A stretch of DNA of 56,096 nt from Candidatus Woesearchaeota archaeon (lineage in GTDB: Archaea; Nanobdellota; Nanobdellia; SCGC-AAA011-G17; DATDVL01). The notes beneath the pieces are model-generated. The model had not been told where the DNA came from and ran no database searches. It saw nothing but the letters and a program-made list of their open reading frames with translations. The stretch is from NCBI GenBank assembly GCA_964365915.1, contig CAYIRJ010000001.1, positions 1-56,096 of the forward strand. Direction: 5' to 3'. Below are positions 1 through 6,429 of this stretch, one piece after another. The position numbers were made by a program, and so were the translations under genes. Positions within the stretch are counted from its first letter, which is position 1, and each line of letters opens with the position of its first letter.

Positions 1-4
1 TGCT

Positions 5-586
5 TTGCATAAGTCCTTTAAGGAAAGACCTGTTCCTTTGATATTGCCTGCATTAGGTGTTTTTTTGCATAAGGGATTGGATTACTTACAAGGCACTTCA
101 CGGCACAGCAAGCGCGCAGTAGATCAGATCTGGCCTAATGTGCAAGGCATTCGCCAGGATGCGGATGAATCAAAGATGATGCCCTTATCAAAACGCGCAA
201 TCATCGGAGCAACAGGATTAAGCCAAGCTTTAGCTATGATTGCAGAATCAAGAGGGCACGCAATAGAAGAGAGTGCAAATCTTTTTTTGGGTGCGTTGCA
301 GTTTATTATCCCCTATTCAGGTGTGCTCTCCCTACCTTTCATCACCCAAGAAAAAGAAGGGGATGCGTATGCTGCATATGCTGCCCTAATGGAAAATATA
401 CAGCGGGAAATACAAGGGAAAAAGGAATCTTTGGAAACAGCTCTGGCCGTTGCAATTGCGGGAGAAAAGAAAGAAAAACTTTTAGATCAACTTTTAGATC
501 AGATAGCTTCGCCAACAGAAGGACGTTGGCTGCCCGTGCGGCGTTATATTGAAGGCTTGACAGATCAGAAGAGGTTTGCACAATGA
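5..586 (+). CDS. Hypothetical protein, 5'-partial (open to window edge); upstream partner of DGR target 1
   Basis: The reading frame is open to nt 2. Its TGA stop (584-586) overlaps the ATG of the next gene (ATGA). No domain recognised. The last residues (RFAQ) and the junction sequence aggtttgcaca are shared with the end of the 1403-3130 gene. Confidence 0.5.
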   Translation: MHKSFKERPVPLILPALGVFLHKGLDYLQGTSRHSKRAVDQIWPNVQGIRQDADESKMMPLSKRAIIGATGLSQALAMIAESRGHAIEESANLFLGALQFIIPYSGVLSLPFITQEKEGDAYAAYAALMENIQREIQGKKESLETALAVAIAGEKKEKLLDQLLDQIASPTEGRWLPVRRYIEGLTDQKRFAQ

Positions 587-1485
587 CTAAATCACGCTTA
601 ATTACCGGAAACAGGACTGCAGAGGATATTATTCGAGCCTATGAGCTGCGCGAGCAGGAACAAAGGAAGAAAGCAGAAACGTACGAAGAACAATATCATC
701 CAGAAAAACAAGAAGCAGAACCGGAACCTACAGTTCCTACATCTCCAGCATCACCTATCCAGGTGAACGATGCATCCTATATTATTCTACCAAGCCATAC
801 GCATAATACGTATTCTTATCCCGATCTGTTAGTAGCAAAGGCACGCTCCCATCAGAATCTGGAATGGAATCAAGCGCATCAAGCATTGCATCAGCAGCAA
901 GCATCCATGCTGACCATCAGACAGTTTGTAGACTTTTTAGCACATCTCAAGGCACGCAAAGTCTATGATGGCACAGGCAGCAAAGTTGCAAAAGCAGATA
1001 TCAAGCAACTCCTTGAAGATATTTTAGCTCAAAGAGCGCCCTGGAGAGCAGAATGGCTCGACGCTTTGTTCACAGAAGACAACGGGATTTGGAAAATAAA
1101 GTATGGTCATCAGGAGAAAAAAGGAAAGCTGGTAGCAAGATATCATGAGCCTTTGGAAGCCTGCATCCGGGAAGATTGCTATGTGAATCTGTTCAGCGCC
1201 AACAAGCAAGGCCTTCCCACCAGGAAAGTTAGCAAGCAGGAAATCTACTACTGGCAGCCCGGAAATGGTACTGTCGCGAGGTTCTTGGCGGATTCTGGTA
1301 GGGTCTGTATTGCGGCGGGGTTCGGCAGTACTCGGGTGCTGCTTTGGGGGTACGTGAAGTCCGCGAGCGCCGCTAGGCGCGAGCTCTGCAACGAAAATTT
1401 TTATGAAAAATCTCAAAAAAATCTTGGAACAGGAGAAAAACAGGATAGGGTTAGTCGGCACTCGCTTGCATCTTCAGCAGCCTGA
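583..1485 (+). CDS. DGR target protein paralog 1, with a frameshift inside its variable repeat
   Basis: The N-terminus (MTKSRLITGNRTAEDII) is paralogous to 3127-3903. Nt 865-1305 are identical to 3388-3828. A 4-nt gap after nt 1305, relative to VR2 and TR, shifts the frame. The ORF therefore skips the ancestral TAG (1374-1376) and runs to 1485, overlapping the next gene. Confidence 0.7.
   Translation: MTKSRLITGNRTAEDIIRAYELREQEQRKKAETYEEQYHPEKQEAEPEPTVPTSPASPIQVNDASYIILPSHTHNTYSYPDLLVAKARSHQNLEWNQAHQALHQQQASMLTIRQFVDFLAHLKARKVYDGTGSKVAKADIKQLLEDILAQRAPWRAEWLDALFTEDNGIWKIKYGHQEKKGKLVARYHEPLEACIREDCYVNLFSANKQGLPTRKVSKQEIYYWQPGNGTVARFLADSGRVCIAAGFGSTRVLLWGYVKSASAARRELCNENFYEKSQKNLGTGEKQDRVSRHSLASSAA
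1272..1353 (+). repeat. DGR variable repeat VR1
   Basis: Aligned by eye to TR 4161-4227 and 4246-4264. There are 14 substitutions, 12 of them at TR adenines. There is also a 4-nt deletion (TR aacc) and the 18-nt TR segment is absent. Confidence 0.8.
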
Positions 1486-3130
1486 AGAAGGAAGAGGCAT
1501 CAGCGAGCACATCACGCACGACTGGAGAGAGATCGTCATTGCCTTAAGAAAGGATATCGATCTTGCACCGGACAGCGCAACGCAGGAATATCTTGCAAAA
1601 GTAAAAAGTGCAGATCCCATACATACCGTAGCTTCTGACTTGTTAGTGCATGGGTGCGGGCATCGGGAGTTGCCTGCGTATTCAGGATTGGGCTGCCCAC
1701 ATTCTGTCATTCATCACGATCGAATTTTAGACGGCATAGCAGAAGCCTTGCAGAAGAAGAAAAAGAAAGGCCTTGAGCAGTATGTGGCAAATGCGTTCGA
1801 GGATGTGTTGGACAACGTCAATGCGCGCAGGCATACACGTCACGCCGGACAAGTTTTATTTTGGAACAACGAAGGCTTAGAAGCACAAGGAAAATTCCCT
1901 CCTTTCTATGAGGCATTTGTAAAAATCAACCTTGCCATGATGGGAAAACCAGAAGATGCAACGTTATTGCGGAGATTCTTTTCTAATGAATCAAAAGTGC
2001 AGCAGGCAGTAAAATCCTTCCTTAATTATATAAAAGAGAAGACGAATGTAGCGCATGTGGTGCGAGCCCATGAGCGACCAAGGCTCTTCAACCAGTTGTT
2101 TGAAAAAAAACACTGGCGAGATCTTGCGTATCAGTTTGCATGGGCAACTGCGGACTTGTTAGACCAGCAATCTACTCAAATGCGCCTCTGTTTTGGAAGC
2201 GATGAAAATCCTTTTGATAGGATGATGCGTCTTCCAGAATCTCAGGAAAAAATCGCGTATGGCAGATATCAGGCAGGCGAAGGTCCGAGCAAGCATACTG
2301 ATCAGCTATTACAGTTGGATGCCTTGTACCGAAAGATTTCCAAGGCAATTCCTGTAAAGACTTCGGAATATACTAAGGCCTCGGGAATGCCGTTGGTGTA
2401 TTTTGGAAGAAGAGCATTGCAGGAAGATGAAGATATTTCTCACGCACGTGTGAAAGGCATCGGCCTTGATGAATCAGGAAAACTAGGATTGCGGGTAGCG
2501 CGTCATGTACTGCAGCATCCTGCCACTTACAAAGTGCATCCAAGAAATTTTCCTAAATTGAAAGTGGCATTGTTAGACACCTCAGGAAGCATGGCACTCT
2601 CTCCTGAAAATGATGCGAATACAGGTTCAAAGCATTTCATTCCTTGGGGGGACAACAGCAAATATCATTTTGCATTAAAGGGGCTGTACGGCATTGATAA
2701 CTTCTTGGAGAAGCAGGGCGTTGCTCCCTATGTGGATTCAGAAGCAGTAACCTTCAGTAGCGAAACCACAAGAACAGGCAGAAGAAAGATGAGAAGCCTG
2801 GAAGAGCGCAAAGCCTTATTGAAAATACCCTCAGGGGGAACAACAATAAATATAAGAACATTTGAAGATGCGCTGTCCGATCCTTCATTTGTGGTTTCCA
2901 TCTCTGACGGGGACATTCTGAACTGGAAGGGAGTAAAGAAAAAATTTAAAGAAGTAATGCGGGGAAAAGCATATTGCCCCATTCACATTGGCAATGCAAA
3001 CACATTTACACAGGATGTAGAATCGTGGGGGATTCCTGTGCACTATGTCAAAGGCGATGACGATTTAAGTAGAATCATGATCGATACCGTTTCTCAGTAT
3101 TATCGGAAAGGAAGGTTTGCACAACCATGA
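1403..3130 (+). CDS. VWA (von Willebrand factor A) domain protein with an uncharacterised His/Cys-rich N-terminal region
   Basis: C-terminal MIDAS-like residues: LLDTSGSM (DxSxS), then SGGTTIN and SISDGD. The N-terminal region contains HGCGHRE and CPHSVIHHD. The stop overlaps the start of target 2 (ATGA). Confidence 0.8.
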   Translation: MKNLKKILEQEKNRIGLVGTRLHLQQPEEGRGISEHITHDWREIVIALRKDIDLAPDSATQEYLAKVKSADPIHTVASDLLVHGCGHRELPAYSGLGCPHSVIHHDRILDGIAEALQKKKKKGLEQYVANAFEDVLDNVNARRHTRHAGQVLFWNNEGLEAQGKFPPFYEAFVKINLAMMGKPEDATLLRRFFSNESKVQQAVKSFLNYIKEKTNVAHVVRAHERPRLFNQLFEKKHWRDLAYQFAWATADLLDQQSTQMRLCFGSDENPFDRMMRLPESQEKIAYGRYQAGEGPSKHTDQLLQLDALYRKISKAIPVKTSEYTKASGMPLVYFGRRALQEDEDISHARVKGIGLDESGKLGLRVARHVLQHPATYKVHPRNFPKLKVALLDTSGSMALSPENDANTGSKHFIPWGDNSKYHFALKGLYGIDNFLEKQGVAPYVDSEAVTFSSETTRTGRRKMRSLEERKALLKIPSGGTTINIRTFEDALSDPSFVVSISDGDILNWKGVKKKFKEVMRGKAYCPIHIGNANTFTQDVESWGIPVHYVKGDDDLSRIMIDTVSQYYRKGRFAQP

Positions 3131-3903
3131 AATCACGCCTCATCACCGGAAACAGGACTGCAGAGGATATCATCAAGGCATACGAGCTGCGCGAGCAGGA
3201 AAGAAAGAGCAAGAAAGCAGAAGTCCATGAAGAGCAATATCAGCCAGAAGAACCAGAAACTGCAATTCCAGCACCACAGCAATCTGCAGGTAAAGCAGCC
3301 TACATCATTCTGCCAGGTCATACCCATGATGCTTATTCCTATCCAGACCTATTAGTAGCAAAAGTACGTTCCCATCAAAGTAAAGATTGGAATCAAGCGC
3401 ATCAAGCATTGCATCAGCAGCAAGCATCCATGCTGACCATCAGACAGTTTGTAGACTTTTTAGCACATCTCAAGGCACGCAAAGTCTATGATGGCACAGG
3501 CAGCAAAGTTGCAAAAGCAGATATCAAGCAACTCCTTGAAGATATTTTAGCTCAAAGAGCGCCCTGGAGAGCAGAATGGCTCGACGCTTTGTTCACAGAA
3601 GACAACGGGATTTGGAAAATAAAGTATGGTCATCAGGAGAAAAAAGGAAAGCTGGTAGCAAGATATCATGAGCCTTTGGAAGCCTGCATCCGGGAAGATT
3701 GCTATGTGAATCTGTTCAGCGCCAACAAGCAAGGCCTTCCCACCAGGAAAGTTAGCAAGCAGGAAATCTACTACTGGCAGCCCGGAAATGGTACTGTCGC
3801 GAGGTTCTTGGCGGATTCTGGTAGGGTCGACCTGTATTGCTACGGGGATCGGCGGAGCTCGGTTGCTGCCTTGGGGGTACGTGAAGTCCGCGAGCGCCGC
3901 TAG
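3127..3903 (+). CDS. DGR target protein paralog 2 (intact); short C-type-lectin/FGE-like C-terminus carrying VR2
   Basis: The C-terminus reads GTVARFLADSGRVDLYCYGDRRSSVAALGVREV, and the corresponding TR frame reads SVARFRADSDRVNLNCNRDRQNS. No signal peptide or TM segment is visible. Confidence 0.85.
   Translation: MKSRLITGNRTAEDIIKAYELREQERKSKKAEVHEEQYQPEEPETAIPAPQQSAGKAAYIILPGHTHDAYSYPDLLVAKVRSHQSKDWNQAHQALHQQQASMLTIRQFVDFLAHLKARKVYDGTGSKVAKADIKQLLEDILAQRAPWRAEWLDALFTEDNGIWKIKYGHQEKKGKLVARYHEPLEACIREDCYVNLFSANKQGLPTRKVSKQEIYYWQPGNGTVARFLADSGRVDLYCYGDRRSSVAALGVREVRERR
3795..3880 (+). repeat. DGR variable repeat VR2
   Basis: There are 14 substitutions against the TR, 12 of them at TR adenines. 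It is followed by a GC-rich conserved flank shared with VR1 (an IMH-like region). Confidence 0.85.
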
Positions 3904-3940
3904 GCGCGAGCTCTGCAACGAAAAATTTTACGGGATATAT

Positions 3941-3949
3941 TTTTAAATA
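3941..3949 (+). promoter_or_regulatory. Candidate archaeal TATA box for the TR-RT transcript
   Basis: ttttaaata lies in the non-coding gap after target 2, about 210 nt upstream of the TR. Confidence 0.35.
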
Positions 3950-4160
3950 ACCAAGATTCTATTTTTTCGCCCTAGAGCTATCGGGAGCTTCCTCCCAAAG
4001 GAGAAGCGATGAAGGATACAAAGCTGGGGCTACACGTAAGCCTGCAAGTGCACGAAAGTGCCATGAAATACAATGACAACAATTAGTAGTAATGATCCAC
4101 CTTGGGAAAGTTGTGAATGAAGCTTGAAGTCATGGTGAAACTCAGCAGGCTTGCTACATC

Positions 4161-4264
4161 TGTCGCGAGGTTCAGGGCGGATTCTGATAGGGTCAACCTG
4201 AATTGCAACAGGGATCGGCAGAACTCGAAATCTTTTCAAGACGAGATTGCTGCTTTGGGAATAA
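4161..4264 (+). repeat. DGR template repeat (TR)
   Basis: Non-coding copy of the target 3' end. The frame corresponding to the VR frame has four AAY codons (AAC, AAT, AAC, AAC). It contains an extra 18 nt (4228-4245) absent from both VRs. It ends 18 nt before the RT ATG. Confidence 0.85.
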
Positions 4265-4282
4265 CACCAGCGCTCTAGGGAT

Positions 4283-5389
4283 ATGAAAACGTACCCAGAT
4301 ATTTATGCACAGCTCTGTTCTTTAGAAAATTTGGAAAGTGCATTCCAGAAAGCAAAGCTTGGCAAATCGAAAAAGTTGTATGTTCTAGAATTTGAAGCCA
4401 ATCTGAAAGAAAATTTAGAACAGTTGCAAAAAGAATTACAATTGCAGACCTACATGCCGCAGCCACTGAAAAGGTTTATCATCAGGGATCCAAAGACGAG
4501 AGTCATCCATGCATCTGCTTTCCTCGACAGGGTTGTCCACCATGCGATTACCAATGTGCTGGGTCCTATCTTTGAAAAGAAATTTGTTTATGATTCCTAT
4601 GCAAGTAGGGTAAATAAAGGCACGCATAAAGCAATACAGCGATTCGCGCAATTCATGAGAAAAGTCTCGAGAAACGGTGCGCAAGTAACGCAGGCAGCCA
4701 CAAACAATCACATTCAGGGATATGTGTTGAAGGCAGATATTCAGCATTATTTTGATACTGTAGATCATGAAATATTGATAGCTATTCTCAGAAAAATTGT
4801 TCCGGATGAGAAACTCATCAACCTAGTAAAGAAGATCTTGAATAATCTGGACATGAAAATTTCTGGCAAAGGAATGCCTTTGGGGAATTACACTTCACAA
4901 TTTTTTGCTAACGTGTACTTGAATGAACTAGACTATTTTGTTAAGCATGTCCTTCAATGCAAATATTACATCCGTTACGTGGATGACTTTGTGATCTTGC
5001 ACTCAAATAAGGGAATATTAGAAAACTATGGCGTACGTATTAAAGAATTTTTAAGAGCAATAAAGTTGGAATTGCATCCGCAAAAGTCCAAGATTCTCCC
5101 TTTGAAAGATGGGATTACATTTCTTGGATACAAAATATTCTATTGTTACAGGCTACTAAGAAGAAGGAACCGTTTCCGCTTTGAAAGAAGGTTCAAGGAC
5201 TATCTGCAGCAATGTAAGGATGGAGAATTAACCTATTTCGAAATTGTAACAAAGCTACAAGGATGGTTTGGATATGCGAAATGGGCAAATACGTACAGAT
5301 ACAGAAAATTGATTTTCAAAAGATTAAATCAAGAAGTATTAGCTCAACGCATACCGCAAGATAGCAGCCACTCCTCCCATGTCGCGTAG
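4283..5389 (+). CDS. DGR-type reverse transcriptase
   Basis: RT motifs seen: RVIHASAFLDRVVHHAI, YASRVNKGTHKAI, LKADIQHYFDTVDH, MPLGNYTSQFFANVYLNELD (the DGR hallmark I/LGxxxSQ) and YIRYVDDFV (YxDD). No group II maturase or endonuclease tail. Confidence 0.9.
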   Translation: MKTYPDIYAQLCSLENLESAFQKAKLGKSKKLYVLEFEANLKENLEQLQKELQLQTYMPQPLKRFIIRDPKTRVIHASAFLDRVVHHAITNVLGPIFEKKFVYDSYASRVNKGTHKAIQRFAQFMRKVSRNGAQVTQAATNNHIQGYVLKADIQHYFDTVDHEILIAILRKIVPDEKLINLVKKILNNLDMKISGKGMPLGNYTSQFFANVYLNELDYFVKHVLQCKYYIRYVDDFVILHSNKGILENYGVRIKEFLRAIKLELHPQKSKILPLKDGITFLGYKIFYCYRLLRRRNRFRFERRFKDYLQQCKDGELTYFEIVTKLQGWFGYAKWANTYRYRKLIFKRLNQEVLAQRIPQDSSHSSHVA

Positions 5390-6427
5390 CTGCTGCCCTT
5401 CCCTGCTTTGTGTGCTGATAATTTGCACTTTCGTGCCATGACCTTCAGCTTCATCCATTAATCCCTCTAACACGAATTCATCTAAGTCTTCGCTTAGCAG
5501 CAAAAGTTCTACTGCCCCCAGGTTCAATGCTTCATGGACTTCTTCTTTGCCATAAGAAGCCTTTTTCGGATCTTTTGCTAACGTCATCAAAAATCGTTCC
5601 ACTGCTTTTTTTTCTTCCACAATGTTCTCCTGTGCTAAAATATCTTTGCTTGCATCAACAAGATCGTGCAGTCCATGCTCATCCGTGTAGGTCAAATCAA
5701 ATATCCCTTTGACTTTGCGCTTCAATTCGTTATTCAATTGGTCAATAAAAGTGTTTTTGGTGTGTCCAGGCCCGCCGATCAAGACACCTTTCAAATCCTT
5801 GATCACAGGTAAAAATTGTTTGTCGCAGAATTCAGCAACCCTTTTATAAAATTCCAATGCCATGCCATCAATGAGCCTTTCCAGGCGTTGCGAGCTCTGT
5901 CCTCCCGCTTTAAACTTTCCCGGTACGCCAGAAGTAAGAGTATGCAGTACTTGAATATAGCTTCCGCGCATTAAGCCAACCGTCGCTTCCTTCCTATCCA
6001 TGACAATCAGCGCATAGAATTCCTTTTCCTCAAGCATCTGTTCTAAAATGTCAGTCTTGAAGGTTTGATCGCAGCGGTAAATGCGTTGCCCTATAGGAAC
6101 AGGGGGTTCAATGCTGAACACTTGAATGTCAATCTTATTTTCCTTGTCAGAAACGTTGCCAGCAAACACTGCTAATCCATTGGGCGGAGTTTTCTTGAAC
6201 AAGCGCAAATGATTGATCACTCTTCCTAAACTATCCACAACATTATTTCTTGTGCGTGCATCTTTAATATTCGTTGCAGTGCCTGCTTCCTGCTCCAAAT
6301 GCTGGATAATCTTGATAATATCGTACCCTGCAGGCACATATACCGAAACCAGTTCCGTATGCCTTCCGCGCATGTGTTGCAACGGCCTGATAAATTTCTT
6401 CAGTTTCAATTTCTCTTTGAGTTCCAT
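5339..6427 (-). CDS. prf1: Peptide chain release factor aRF1
   Basis: GGQ motif (KAGGQSSQRLERL). The NIKS-loop region reads TATNIKDARTRNNV. Length and domain order are typical of aRF1. Confidence 0.95.
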   Translation of the reverse strand: MELKEKLKLKKFIRPLQHMRGRHTELVSVYVPAGYDIIKIIQHLEQEAGTATNIKDARTRNNVVDSLGRVINHLRLFKKTPPNGLAVFAGNVSDKENKIDIQVFSIEPPVPIGQRIYRCDQTFKTDILEQMLEEKEFYALIVMDRKEATVGLMRGSYIQVLHTLTSGVPGKFKAGGQSSQRLERLIDGMALEFYKRVAEFCDKQFLPVIKDLKGVLIGGPGHTKNTFIDQLNNELKRKVKGIFDLTYTDEHGLHDLVDASKDILAQENIVEEKKAVERFLMTLAKDPKKASYGKEEVHEALNLGAVELLLLSEDLDEFVLEGLMDEAEGHGTKVQIISTQSREGQQLRDMGGVAAILRYALS

Positions 6428-6429
6428 GG

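Larger units (their letters stand above)
583..5389 (+). mobile_element. Diversity-generating retroelement cassette: target 1 (VR1), VWA gene, target 2 (VR2), TR, RT
   Basis: DGR-type RT motifs are present. A roughly 100-nt template repeat matches the 3' ends of two paralogous genes, and the mismatches fall almost only at template adenines. Confidence 0.85.

Noticed and set aside
1024-1461. Long antisense ORFs (1024-1461, 3547-3918, 4030-4239) opposite the DGR targets and TR
   Set aside because: They mirror the duplicated sense sequence, have odd composition and overlap well-supported sense genes. They were treated as shadow ORFs.
4283-5389. The RT could be a group II intron maturase, with 3904-4282 as intron domains I-III
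   Set aside because: The upstream non-coding region is too short for that role, and I saw no GUGYG 5' end or domain V-like hairpin. The RT lacks X/maturase and En domains. It carries the DGR-specific (I/L)GxxxSQ motif, and the upstream region is an A-mismatched copy of the target gene ends.
6250-6300. The aRF1 NIKS loop reads NIKD, and a TGA sits where Trp is expected in the small AbrB-like ORF (44074-44076). Is this a stop-codon reassignment?
   Set aside because: TAA, TAG and TGA each terminate conserved genes at their expected lengths in this window (for example valS and aglB with TAA, nitroreductase with TAG, GT4 and the methyltransferase with TGA). The AbrB-like ORF has a second stop 5 codons later, so it is a remnant.
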